Of a DNA stretch of 45,858 nt, positions 9,232 through 17,815 are shown piece after piece. How positions within the stretch are numbered: position 1 is the first letter of the stretch; each line of letters starts with the position of its first letter. Source of the stretch: a virus. Taxonomy: Duplodnaviria; Caudoviricetes. The notes under the pieces are model-generated. The model was given only the letters and a program-made list of their open reading frames with translations. It was not told the origin of the DNA and made no database searches. The position numbers were made by a program, and so were the translations under genes. The stretch spans positions 1 to 45,858 of the IMG/VR virus record IMGVR_UViG_3300015370_000002; one strand, given 5' to 3'.

Positions 9232-10677
9232 CTATGTCCACTCCTCATAATCAAGATCCTCCATCTCTCGAATATCCGCATAAGTAGAGCGGTAATTGCT
9301 AACGATTGGCGGTTTAGCTATAATCAATTGGTACGCCAAACTATCCGCTAAGTCGTCATAATCACCCATTGGAAACTTAATCAATTCATCAACTAAATCA
9401 GTATGCTCGCGCTTAATAAATATCGTACCTGCATTAAACCTGGGCACAAGCCCAGCGATTCTTAGATTCTTATTCAAGCCGGAGTCCTTTAACTTCTCAA
9501 CATTAAAGAAGTTGTTACGCCTCTTCATCTCATCTACCAGCGCAGGCTTCAAAGTATGCTCAAATGCTTTCTGCTCAATGCCTATCTTAACCGGTTGATA
9601 TAAATCCACAAGGCCAAAAATATGCTTAATCAGGTCCGGCTCATTTCCCTTAAACCTTTCAGCCTTCTGCAAGTACCAATTGTTCTCAATATCCACCGAA
9701 TTAACAACAATACCAGTATAATCAGCCGTTTTAGCAGTGCTATAAGCCCTGTCAATGGTAATAAAGGTAGCTAACGACTTACCATTAAGCACTATATCCT
9801 CGTAATACTTGAATTGTTCCAACCGAAAGTGCCTATTTTCATCACTTATCGGATCATTTTGGTACTCTTGGTAGAACAAATAGAGCTGTCCTCTACGAAT
9901 ATATTCCTCTTTTATCCTCAGAATATCATCATAATCTAGATGCTCGGGCCATAGTGTCTCTCGTTTCTTGTCATCAATGATTGCTTTATACAGTTTTGTT
10001 TTATAACTTTCGTATGTATTTAATATTTTATAGAGCAATGAATCAAAATGTAATACCGTTCCAATCATTATTACCCGTCCACCAGTGGCCAAACAAGGCT
10101 CCAAAGCTCCACTAAACCAGCGCTCTAACTTCTCTCTGCGCTCCTTACTCTGCACCAACTCATCATTTTCAAGATCATCTATAATAATTAAATCCGGTCT
10201 ATTCTCTCTGTATTTCTTACCACGCACCTTCATGCCAGCACCAAGAGCTTCAATCTTTATGTTATTCACAGTAATATCACCCTCGGACCAATTCTTAGAA
10301 GTTAAGTCGCCGTACATTGCTCGGAGTTTATCGTTTCCCTCTAATTCTGCCTTTAATGCGTCTAAAAATGCAGTTGACTGGGTATATGTATCCGATATCA
10401 TCAAGATATAATTGGTTTTCTTGTGGATTACAACCCACAACAGGTAGACTAAACCAACTAGTGTTGACTTTGCGTGTGAACGCGGAGCAGCAATCGCCAC
10501 TCTTTTGTTCTCCTCATTGCTGATCAAATCAATAATCTCCTCATGAAATTCCGGAGTAGCTAAGCGCAAGTGATGTGGTAAAAAGAACCGGGCGAATTCT
10601 AGTATATCTTTCTCGAATATCTGCCTAGCTGCTTGCTTTTTCTCCTCCAGCGGTATGTCCTTTGGACTTTTGTACAT
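9232..10677 (-). CDS. terL: Terminase large subunit
   Basis: APRSHAKST Walker A, LIIIDDLE Walker B, IGT coupling motif, RNase H-like ITIDRA...DDLADSLAY. Confidence 0.95.
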   Translation of the reverse strand: MYKSPKDIPLEEKKQAARQIFEKDILEFARFFLPHHLRLATPEFHEEIIDLISNEENKRVAIAAPRSHAKSTLVGLVYLLWVVIHKKTNYILMISDTYTQSTAFLDALKAELEGNDKLRAMYGDLTSKNWSEGDITVNNIKIEALGAGMKVRGKKYRENRPDLIIIDDLENDELVQSKERREKLERWFSGALEPCLATGGRVIMIGTVLHFDSLLYKILNTYESYKTKLYKAIIDDKKRETLWPEHLDYDDILRIKEEYIRRGQLYLFYQEYQNDPISDENRHFRLEQFKYYEDIVLNGKSLATFITIDRAYSTAKTADYTGIVVNSVDIENNWYLQKAERFKGNEPDLIKHIFGLVDLYQPVKIGIEQKAFEHTLKPALVDEMKRRNNFFNVEKLKDSGLNKNLRIAGLVPRFNAGTIFIKREHTDLVDELIKFPMGDYDDLADSLAYQLIIAKPPIVSNYRSTYADIREMEDLDYEEWT

Positions 10678-11140
10678 AAACTTCTAATAATTTATCAAGA
10701 TCAACCGTTGCTAGGACCTTGCCGTTAGACTTGACATCAATATTTTGCTGTGCTTTGCCAAAAGTTCTATCAAATAGACTATCAAGTGCTTTATTATCAG
10801 GCTTTTCAGTGGTTAAATAATAGTATTCATCATCCATCTGATCAAGTTCCCCGGCCAAAAACTTTTCTATAATGCTTTGTCTCTCAACAATTTCTGGTCT
10901 TTGTTTGGTTTTTTTACCATTGCTATCAGTTATCGTCTTAATAACATAAAGATATTGGCATCCTTCTGCCAAATTCATCTGGGCATTCAATAACTTATCA
11001 GTGCTCTTAGCTATCCTACATCTCATCTCTGCAAAAACTCTCTCTTTTTCAAGTGTAGCGGCATTCTTTCCGCCTTTTGGTCTTCCTGCTCCCGGCCTAG
11101 CACCACCCAGTTTTGATTTATTTTTCGGGATTTCAGCCAT
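10625..11140 (-). CDS. terS: Terminase small subunit-like protein
   Basis: GGARPGAGRPKG N-terminus, LFDRTFGKAQQ motif, overlaps terL. Confidence 0.7.
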   Translation of the reverse strand: MAEIPKNKSKLGGARPGAGRPKGGKNAATLEKERVFAEMRCRIAKSTDKLLNAQMNLAEGCQYLYVIKTITDSNGKKTKQRPEIVERQSIIEKFLAGELDQMDDEYYYLTTEKPDNKALDSLFDRTFGKAQQNIDVKSNGKVLATVDLDKLLEVYVQKSKGHTAGGEKASS

Positions 11141-11143
11141 ATT

Positions 11144-11395
11144 TTAATATTCCTTTCCATCCATAAAAGTTCTACCTTTGGATGTATTATCTCTATTTTT
11201 CCACTCTAATGAATTAACCATTTGCTTTTGAGCTGTTCGAGCCTTCTCTTCATACCCCTTAGCAGTCCATAGTTGGCCTTTTCTCCTCGCCATTTCAGCT
11301 TCTTGGCCATAACCTTCAGCATCTTTCTTATGCCTTTCAAAATATTCGTCAGCCTGTTCCCTCTTCTGACGATCAACTCTATCGTATTTTACCAT
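11144..11395 (-). CDS. Hypothetical protein
   Basis: 83-aa ORF coupled to its neighbours. Confidence 0.65.
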   Translation of the reverse strand: MVKYDRVDRQKREQADEYFERHKKDAEGYGQEAEMARRKGQLWTAKGYEEKARTAQKQMVNSLEWKNRDNTSKGRTFMDGKEY

Positions 11396-11648
11396 ATATT
11401 TCCTGTTGATTTTTAATTATTTCTAATAATACCTTATCTATCTTCACATATTCCGTTCCCTCTTTCATGGGCACCGCGATCGTAGTTGGCCTAAATATAA
11501 TCACTAACTGAGTAATTAGAATTAAGACCAATACCATCAAAACAACATTGTGTGGCGTTTTAAGAGCTTCTAACCTCCCAAACGATATCTTACTCATCCA
11601 TGAGGCAAAACGCCCTCGTAACCCTGCTTTTCTCTTTAATTTTGGCAT
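11379..11648 (-). CDS. Single-pass membrane protein, first gene of the late operon
   Basis: VVLMVLVLILITQLVIIF hydrophobic segment. Confidence 0.65.
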   Translation of the reverse strand: MPKLKRKAGLRGRFASWMSKISFGRLEALKTPHNVVLMVLVLILITQLVIIFRPTTIAVPMKEGTEYVKIDKVLLEIIKNQQEIYGKIR

Positions 11649-11789
11649 ACGTAGTTTTATTTACTAGTGGGGGAGCACAGCTAAGAGTTTTTACCCTTAT
11701 AGCTTTATTAAAAGGGCAGTTCTCCCCCACTAGTTCCACCCAAGTCATGCCTCAGGTAGGAAAACTACTGTATGCCCTCACCGGTAAAT

Positions 11790-11817
11790 AAAAAAAGGAC
11801 ATACATTAAGTATGCCC
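11790..11817 (-). terminator. Intrinsic terminator/attenuator just downstream of the late promoter
   Basis: Minus strand GGGCATAC-TTAAT-GTATGTCC followed by T7. Confidence 0.7.
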
Positions 11818-11877
11818 TCGTTGATTTCAATTGATTTCCAAAAAGTTATAGTCATGGCCTCCAATTAATATATTTCT

Positions 11878-11922
11878 ACCTTAGCACAACTAAGCTGTTT
11901 TGTCAAGATTCTCTGTGGATAA
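11878..11922 (-). promoter_or_regulatory. sigma70 promoter (late operon) with upstream DnaA box
   Basis: Minus strand TTATCCACA (11922-11914), 7 bp, TTGACA, 17 bp ending in TGc, TAAGGT. Confidence 0.7.
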
Positions 11923-12033
11923 GTCCGGTTGAGGATCTCCGGGCTTACCATATTTTGAATATTCTTCTTCATTGCGCCGTATTTCTTCTGCTTTCTCTTT
12001 GGTCTCCTGGTATTTTTGGTTTGTCTTGCACAT
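11890..12033 (-). CDS. Small hypothetical protein (47 aa, start MCKTN)
   Basis: ATG just after the upstream stop, in AT-rich context. Confidence 0.45.
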   Translation of the reverse strand: MCKTNQKYQETKEKAEEIRRNEEEYSKYGKPGDPQPDLSTENLDKTA

Positions 12034-12037
12034 ATTT

Positions 12038-12319
12038 TTATACGTTATTAAGATTATTATCACGGTCATCATCAGCTTTCTCTTGACCTGCTACACAATC
12101 TTTACAAGTACAAGTAGGTCTATCAGAACATTCAATGTTTTGTTTTTCACACATAGTTTTATGTTTAAGCATTTTCTTTTTACCAGATTTATAGCCACAT
12201 TCGCATACTTCTAATCCTAATACTTGGTTCTTAATCTTTTTTAACCCAGCTTTATGAACAAGATAATTAAGAGTTGGGATTGTGCCACTAACTTGGGCGT
12301 GAGCGATTGATGATGGCAT
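12038..12319 (-). CDS. Cys-rich (zinc-finger-like) hypothetical protein
   Basis: CECG...HKTMC and CSDRPTCTCKDC. Confidence 0.6.
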   Translation of the reverse strand: MPSSIAHAQVSGTIPTLNYLVHKAGLKKIKNQVLGLEVCECGYKSGKKKMLKHKTMCEKQNIECSDRPTCTCKDCVAGQEKADDDRDNNLNNV

Positions 12320-12320
12320 A

Positions 12321-12473
12321 TTATTCTTTGTTAGCTAGTGCGTCTAATTGTTCTTGTGCTAGGCTTCCTCTACCTATTACATAACCCAGGTCAAACATAT
12401 CATCCATAGTTCCGTATTTAATTATTTTTTCGTAGACTTCTTTTTCTTTATCTGTTAGTTTTGGTTTTTCCAT
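12321..12473 (-). CDS. Small hypothetical protein (50 aa)
   Basis: Manual translation MEKPKLTDKEKEVYEKIIKYGTMDDMFDLGY...; TAAtATG spacing on both sides. Confidence 0.65.
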   Translation of the reverse strand: MEKPKLTDKEKEVYEKIIKYGTMDDMFDLGYVIGRGSLAQEQLDALANKE

Positions 12474-12474
12474 A

Positions 12475-12636
12475 TTATTTTAGTTTAGCGAGAAGTCTAT
12501 TTACCTTCTCTATATATTTATCAAAGTATAAAGCTATTTTATTATAAGGTTTACCTATTATTCTAAGCTGTGCCTGGGTAATCATGTAGGAATTATAGTT
12601 GCTTAAATGAATTTTGATTAGTCTGGTACAACACAT
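12475..12636 (-). CDS. Small hypothetical protein (up to 53 aa)
   Basis: Manual translation MCCTRLIKIHLSNYNSYMITQAQLRIIGK...; fills the gap in the operon. Confidence 0.45.
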   Translation of the reverse strand: MCCTRLIKIHLSNYNSYMITQAQLRIIGKPYNKIALYFDKYIEKVNRLLAKLK

Positions 12637-12637
12637 A

Positions 12638-12749
12638 TTATTTTATTAATTCAGGATTTTTCATAGATGTTGCCGATTATTATAATTTCTGCATCTTCGT
12701 GATAATATACTTCTATTTCAGCGTCTATATCTGTATAATCATAACTCAT
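12638..12749 (-). pseudogene. YopX-like C-terminal remnant with a frameshift
   Basis: Reads ...EIIIIGNIYEKS*; removing one A from the A5 run gives the YopX signature IGNIYENPELIK*. Confidence 0.6.
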
Positions 12750-12928
12750 AAGTTTTTTAATTTAGAATTTAATAAATCTACTAGGTTTTTTACGTCTTGT
12801 TTGGCAAATCCAATCCAAGATAATTCTTTGCCAAAATCTATAATCAAACGACCATCTTTAATAAATACAGCCATTTGTAAAGCTCCCTCGTCATCTTCTT
12901 TTAATTTACCGTCTGGGTATTTAATCAT
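12746..12928 (-). CDS. Small phage hypothetical protein
   Basis: YPDGKLKEDDEGAL...IIDFGKELSWIG; ATGA overlap with the next ORF. Confidence 0.75.
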   Translation of the reverse strand: MIKYPDGKLKEDDEGALQMAVFIKDGRLIIDFGKELSWIGFAKQDVKNLVDLLNSKLKNL

Positions 12929-12929
12929 A

Positions 12930-13097
12930 TTAAGCTATTAAGTTTAAAAAACGATTTATCTCTCCTCTTTCCACTAAGTAAGAGTGGACTGAATACCATA
13001 GTATAGAAGTTACGACTAATCCTATTACTAGACATAAGGCGATATTACTCTCCTCTTGCTCTTGGCAATCACGCCAACCCGATTTAAATGATTTCAT
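12930..13097 (-). CDS. Small single-TM protein (55 aa)
   Basis: Manual translation MKSFKSGWRDCQEQEESNIALCLVIGLVVTSILWYSV...; GGGGG precedes the ATG. Confidence 0.55.
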   Translation of the reverse strand: MKSFKSGWRDCQEQEESNIALCLVIGLVVTSILWYSVHSYLVERGEINRFLNLIA

Positions 13098-13129
13098 GTT
13101 ACCCCCGTAACTTGCAATAAGCGTTTGCG

Positions 13130-13336
13130 TTATTTCAAGTTTAGTTTATTAAATCTTTTGCTTTCTAGTTCCATTACTCTTTTACTATACATTGTTCCAC
13201 TAGCTAGTGATATTAGTTCTCTTCCTGTTAAGTCTTTTAGTTCTTCTTGTGTAAATATTCCTTCTTCTTTTAGTACCCTCTGTGCTTCTTTTTTTGTCCA
13301 GTGGTTATAATTGTTTCCTGTTGTTGTAAAGCCCAT
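13130..13336 (-). CDS. Hypothetical protein, first gene of the leftward early operon
   Basis: 68-aa ORF downstream of the promoter at 13449-13477. Confidence 0.65.
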   Translation of the reverse strand: MGFTTTGNNYNHWTKKEAQRVLKEEGIFTQEELKDLTGRELISLASGTMYSKRVMELESKRFNKLNLK

Positions 13337-13448
13337 ATTTTTTATGTTAGTTTATAACTCTCTCTCCCAAAGGGCGATGCAATTGATCCAGCCGGAGCCG
13401 GACAACCCAATCGCCCCCCATAACAAGCGCTATGCTCATCTATAAGAT

Positions 13449-13493
13449 AGTGTAGCTTAAAACAGTAAGGGTGTCAAGTGGGGGTTATCCACA
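13449..13493 (-). promoter_or_regulatory. Leftward sigma70 promoter with DnaA box
   Basis: TTATCCACA at 13485-13493; minus strand TTGACA (13477-13472), 17 bp, TACACT. Confidence 0.8.
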
Positions 13494-13596
13494 AATTAAA
13501 GAATCAAAGATTTAGTATTTTCCGGCGGGAGTATATATACGTAATTACCCTTATAAAAAGAGTTTATCCTCATAGTATAGATATGTATCCAATGGG

Positions 13597-13628
13597 AATT
13601 CTTGAATTCTTTAATTCTTTAATTCTTA
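13597..13628. repeat. Four tandem 8-bp repeats (AATTCTTN), candidate origin iterons
   Basis: aattcttg aattcttt aattcttt aattctta; inverted related copies near 13495-13511. Confidence 0.6.
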
Positions 13629-13654
13629 TATACGCCCCATTCTTAGATTAAAAG

Positions 13655-13702
13655 TTATCCACTTTTACTGTTATTGACAATACCTATAAAAAAGAGTACA
13701 AT
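13655..13702 (+). promoter_or_regulatory. Rightward sigma70 promoter with DnaA-like box
   Basis: TTATCCACT (13655-13663), 10 bp, TTGACA (13674), 17 bp, TACAAT. Confidence 0.8.
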
Positions 13703-13852
13703 AAGACTAGACACATAAATATATTATTATGAACCACAAACATTGTAATCAAAAAGCAGCAAAAGAAAGCGAAAGGGCAACCTTAGCAACATGGGTACTA
13801 ATAATCCCCTTGTGTCATTTCTTTGCTGCTTTTTTAATATAAGCTTGTCGTC

Positions 13853-16285
13853 ATGAATATTGAAAAACTACCAAAATATGTTCAGGACATACTGAATAAC
13901 TACTTAATACCAGTAAGCCCTAAAACACCACCAGACATCTTATTGGCAGTTTTAAATGTATATTGCTCCCGGATACTTCTTCACAACAGAATAATGGTAT
14001 ATGGGCTAGACAGCGACCCAGTATACCCCAACCTTTATGTTGTGATATTTGCTGGATCCGGGGTAGGAAAAGACAGAACGGTAAGTCAAGTAAGCACATG
14101 CTACGAGATCGTGGAAGGTTACCACAATAGCTTCTACAACGACCTAAAAGAAGGAGTAACAATAGACCTCTACGCAAGGGCCGATAAATTAAGTCAAGAA
14201 GCGGTAGACAAAGGTAGAAAAGCATGGAGTAAGGCAGAAAAGAAAGTATATGTAGAAAGATATATACCCCACGAGGTAAAAGAGAAGTTCGGTAGCGGAA
14301 CACCAGAAGGATTAATAGCTCACCGTCAAGCATTCGCCTCTCTAAGAAAAGATAAAACAGGAATAGGGTCAATCCATTTTGAAAACAGCGAAATACTAGA
14401 TTGGATAAGAACCTCATCCTCATCGGCCCAAACAGATATAAAAGAGCTATTGAAGACAGTAGCCGAAGAAGGGCATAATGAGACAAAACTAATAAAGGGC
14501 GAGAAGGAAATTAAGCCAGTGCGCAATGTGCCTCAAACACTCCTCGCTTTTAGTTCAGTAGCCAAACTCCTAGACAACGGCAAAGCCAACGCACAACTAG
14601 AGGAGTTCTTAGAGCGTGGATTGGGTAGGCGCTCAATGATATGTTACCCGGAAGAATATAAATATACCAAAGAAGACTATAAGAATCAGAAAGGAAAGAA
14701 GAAAGAGGCGATGCTATATCGCGCAAAGCTGACTGAATTGTTTGAGAAATTACATACCTACACCTTAAGAAACCTAAAGGCAGATGAAAATGAACATTTC
14801 CATAAAAAAGTAATAGCCGATAACGATGAACTAGATGAGCACATTTACAATTATCAAGAAGAATGTTTTGAACGAACAGATAGAATGAGCCCCATAGATA
14901 GAAAAGTATTTGAAGGTGTAATAGGTGGGCACCCGCGCAAAGCACTGCGCTTGGCTGGGATAATAACAGTTGTAAAAGCGGTACTTGCCAAGAAGAAAGA
15001 ATTCATTATGACAATAGAAGACTATGATGAAGCGGTTTACCAAATAGAATATTACTTTGATCAATATTATAAGTTCTATAACAGATCCGGAGCGGCTGAT
15101 GTTGAATACTTGTACAACTATATTATCAACAACCAAGGAAAAGACAGAATATACCGAGGCGACATAAGAAAACAGAAGTTCGCACGCTCCAAGGGCAACT
15201 ACCTGTCCCAATGGATTAAGGATATGTTAGGACAAGAGGGCGATGGAGAGGGAGGGGAATTAGAAGAATACTGCATAAAGCAAAAGAAAATCTTAATAGC
15301 GCTCCAAGAAGGCAAAGCAAAATTTCCACATTATAAAATAGAGAACACGGTGGAAGTAGATCAAAAAACACAAAGTAGAGAAATACCAAAAGCAAAGCTC
15401 AGTATTACATCATCTACTGAACACGAACATCCAATCCATGGCTTTACCAAACAAGAGATTGATTTTACTAAGGTGCCAGAGATGGTGAAAAAATATAAAT
15501 ACACCACCCACACATTTACAAATGACCACAGAAAGAAAGAGAACACAGAGTATTACGGCAACTTATTAATAATAGATATAGACAACGACTGTGGGGCGAA
15601 AGACCAACTCTACATAGAGCAGGCAGTAGAGATAGTGAAAGATTACCACTCCATTGTGGTGCCCTCACAGAACCATCAGAGGGTAAAAGAAAACAATGAA
15701 GAATTAGGTGCTGTGGATCGATACAGAATAATTTTATTATGTGACAGTGTGATAGCACCAGAAAATGACTACAAAAGCGTAATGACAAAGTGCGTGGATT
15801 CTCTTGGGCTACTGCCTTACTACGATACATCGGTAACTAGTGACAAAGCAAGATATTTAAAAGAATCGCCGAAAGGTTGTGAACATTTTATACATGCCGG
15901 TAAATACCTATTTAACTGGAAGGTTTTTGATAAGCCAGAAAATGTGCCAAAGAAATATGTACCAAGCAAAAGATATGGTGAGGCGCATGACTATAGAGAA
16001 GTACCACTAGCAGAGTTAGTAGAATTAGCTGGAGGTAAGTTCAAGAAAAAGATCGGTGACAACTTGTATTATTACTGCCCATTCCATAGCTCAACAACTG
16101 GTACATCATTTTGGATAACAGAAAATATAAATATATTCTACTGTTGCAAATGTGACCCACTATCGGGACAAGCTGGACAAACATTGGGTGGACCGCCAGT
16201 AAACTTTATAAGAAGATGGAAGGGGGTGAATGGCCATGAAGCATATAAAATGTTAAAAGAATACTTATTAACAGGTAAGATATAA
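13853..16285 (+). CDS. Replication protein: DUF3987-like P-loop helicase, AEP-type primase and C-terminal CHC2 zinc finger
   Basis: AGSGVGKD Walker A, GTPEGL, GLGRR; LLIIDIDND, SQNH, RYRIIL; CPFH...SF...FYCCKC. Confidence 0.75.
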   Translation: MNIEKLPKYVQDILNNYLIPVSPKTPPDILLAVLNVYCSRILLHNRIMVYGLDSDPVYPNLYVVIFAGSGVGKDRTVSQVSTCYEIVEGYHNSFYNDLKEGVTIDLYARADKLSQEAVDKGRKAWSKAEKKVYVERYIPHEVKEKFGSGTPEGLIAHRQAFASLRKDKTGIGSIHFENSEILDWIRTSSSSAQTDIKELLKTVAEEGHNETKLIKGEKEIKPVRNVPQTLLAFSSVAKLLDNGKANAQLEEFLERGLGRRSMICYPEEYKYTKEDYKNQKGKKKEAMLYRAKLTELFEKLHTYTLRNLKADENEHFHKKVIADNDELDEHIYNYQEECFERTDRMSPIDRKVFEGVIGGHPRKALRLAGIITVVKAVLAKKKEFIMTIEDYDEAVYQIEYYFDQYYKFYNRSGAADVEYLYNYIINNQGKDRIYRGDIRKQKFARSKGNYLSQWIKDMLGQEGDGEGGELEEYCIKQKKILIALQEGKAKFPHYKIENTVEVDQKTQSREIPKAKLSITSSTEHEHPIHGFTKQEIDFTKVPEMVKKYKYTTHTFTNDHRKKENTEYYGNLLIIDIDNDCGAKDQLYIEQAVEIVKDYHSIVVPSQNHQRVKENNEELGAVDRYRIILLCDSVIAPENDYKSVMTKCVDSLGLLPYYDTSVTSDKARYLKESPKGCEHFIHAGKYLFNWKVFDKPENVPKKYVPSKRYGEAHDYREVPLAELVELAGGKFKKKIGDNLYYYCPFHSSTTGTSFWITENINIFYCCKCDPLSGQAGQTLGGPPVNFIRRWKGVNGHEAYKMLKEYLLTGKI

Positions 16286-16290
16286 ATAAT

Positions 16291-16446
16291 ATGAAACTAA
16301 CATCCAACAACGTAAGCCTGACCGCCAACAAAAAGATGGGAGAGGCCTTGGTCCGGCAGAATAGTAGAGAAGCGGCTTTCATTAGAATAGAATACCTTGA
16401 AGAACTCCGCGATCTAATAAATGACTATTTAGAAATGGAGGGGTAA
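16291..16446 (+). CDS. Small hypothetical protein (51 aa)
   Basis: Manual translation MKLTSNNVSLTANKKMGEALVRQ...; fits the operon gap. Confidence 0.6.
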   Translation: MKLTSNNVSLTANKKMGEALVRQNSREAAFIRIEYLEELRDLINDYLEMEG

Positions 16447-16455
16447 CTAAAACCT

Positions 16456-16716
16456 ATGTGTAATCAAAATATGAAATGGGTAGACACACCAAAAGCTGAT
16501 GAACTAATAAAAGAATCTTTAAAAGAAATACGTTTTATCAATAACTGTTTTGATAGGTTGAATGATGGAACTAAAAGAATCAAAATTGATATTTGTAAAA
16601 ATCCTGTAAGATTAAAAGAACTTGAAATGGCTGAACATAGACTGGAAAATATTTATAAAAAATGTGCATGGCACGAAAAAAGATTTAACAAACAATTATG
16701 TGGCGAGAAGATTTAA
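16456..16716 (+). CDS. Hypothetical protein
   Basis: 86-aa ORF in the early operon. Confidence 0.6.
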   Translation: MCNQNMKWVDTPKADELIKESLKEIRFINNCFDRLNDGTKRIKIDICKNPVRLKELEMAEHRLENIYKKCAWHEKRFNKQLCGEKI

Positions 16717-17027
16717 AAAATGAATTTGGTATACATTTTAAAGACTGTCCAGAAGAACTTAAATTCCTAGAACAGTTTATAGAAGAATTATTAGAAGATA
16801 AATTAAGACCAATGTGTGATGCTCGTAGATTAAACAGTTTAAAACCCTGTCCTTTCTGTGGGCACGCGCCAGCTTGGAGAAAATCTAAAAAAAGACGATG
16901 TCAATTACACGGTGATATAATCCAAGATGACATACTGGGTTGTTTTAGCCCTTTTTGTAAATTTAAACCACAAATATCAGAAACGATTAAGGAACACAGC
17001 ATGAGAGAGTGGAATAAAAGAGTATGA
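16698..17027 (+). CDS. Lar-like (restriction alleviation) zinc-ribbon protein with extra N-terminal segment
   Basis: LKPCPFCG...CFSPFC...EWNKRV pattern. Confidence 0.65.
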   Translation: MWREDLKNEFGIHFKDCPEELKFLEQFIEELLEDKLRPMCDARRLNSLKPCPFCGHAPAWRKSKKRRCQLHGDIIQDDILGCFSPFCKFKPQISETIKEHSMREWNKRV

Positions 17028-17641
17028 AAATACTCAACCTCTATTCAGGAATTGGTGGCAACCGTAAATTATGGGGCAACAACCATGAGATTACCGCTAT
17101 TGAATATGACCAAGACATAGCTGATATTTATCAAGACTTCTTCCCCAATGATGAAGTCATAGTAACAGACGCTCACCAGTACCTATTAGACCATTTTGAA
17201 GAATATGATTTTATTTGGTCTAGCCCACCGTGTCCAACCCATAGTAGGTTTAATCTGCTAAGTAACGTACAAGAAGGCAAGAGTGTTAAATATCCTGATA
17301 TGGCTCTTTACCAAGAAATTATTTATTTAAGACATTGGTTTAAAGGTAAGTGGGTGATTGAAAATGTAATCAGTTATTACGAACCGTTAATAACACCGTA
17401 TAAAGTAAGTAATCATTACTTCTGGTCTAATTTTTACATTAATGAATTTGATATTGGTAAACGTGGAATAAGAAACGAAAAGAACCATATTGAAAAAAGA
17501 TGTAAACAACTAGGCCTAAACGAAACTAAAATAACAGGTAATTCAGAATTTAAAAGAAAAATATTGAATAATTGTACCGAACCAGAACTAGGACTACACA
17601 TATTCAATGAAGCTTTTAAAGAAAATAAAACCCTACTGTGA
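17024..17641 (+). CDS. DNA (cytosine-5)-methyltransferase, compact phage type
   Basis: LYSGIGG motif I, SPPC motif IV, IENV motif VI. Confidence 0.9.
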   Translation: MKILNLYSGIGGNRKLWGNNHEITAIEYDQDIADIYQDFFPNDEVIVTDAHQYLLDHFEEYDFIWSSPPCPTHSRFNLLSNVQEGKSVKYPDMALYQEIIYLRHWFKGKWVIENVISYYEPLITPYKVSNHYFWSNFYINEFDIGKRGIRNEKNHIEKRCKQLGLNETKITGNSEFKRKILNNCTEPELGLHIFNEAFKENKTLL

Positions 17642-17679
17642 ATAACTTACTTGACAAAAACAGTGTTGTAGAGTACACT
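17637..17679 (+). promoter_or_regulatory. sigma70 promoter with DnaA box
   Basis: TGTGAATAA (17637-17645), 5 bp, TTGACA (17651), 17 bp, TACACT. Confidence 0.8.
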
Positions 17680-17815
17680 AGATACTAGACACGGTACCAC
17701 AGATCCGCCGGTAGGCCATTCATAACGTCAGCCCCCCTTGATGATATGTAAAACCTCCTACCGGTGGGTTCGTGGCCCTGTGTCACAAAATGCTCGCACC
17801 TTAACAATCAATACT

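Noticed and set aside
10263-10271. DnaA box TTATTCACA inside terL
   Set aside because: Isolated coding-region match with no adjacent promoter; likely chance.
13920-15830. Minus-strand ORFs inside the replication gene, and similar antisense ORFs inside terL, scaffold, helicase and the giant gene
   Set aside because: Shadow frames of real genes with no motifs.
17738-17815. N-terminal extension of the SSB-like ORF (also of portal, 2603..3433 and 44086..44820)
   Set aside because: The extensions lie in leader hairpins or overlap upstream genes; downstream ATGs have the typical AT-rich context.
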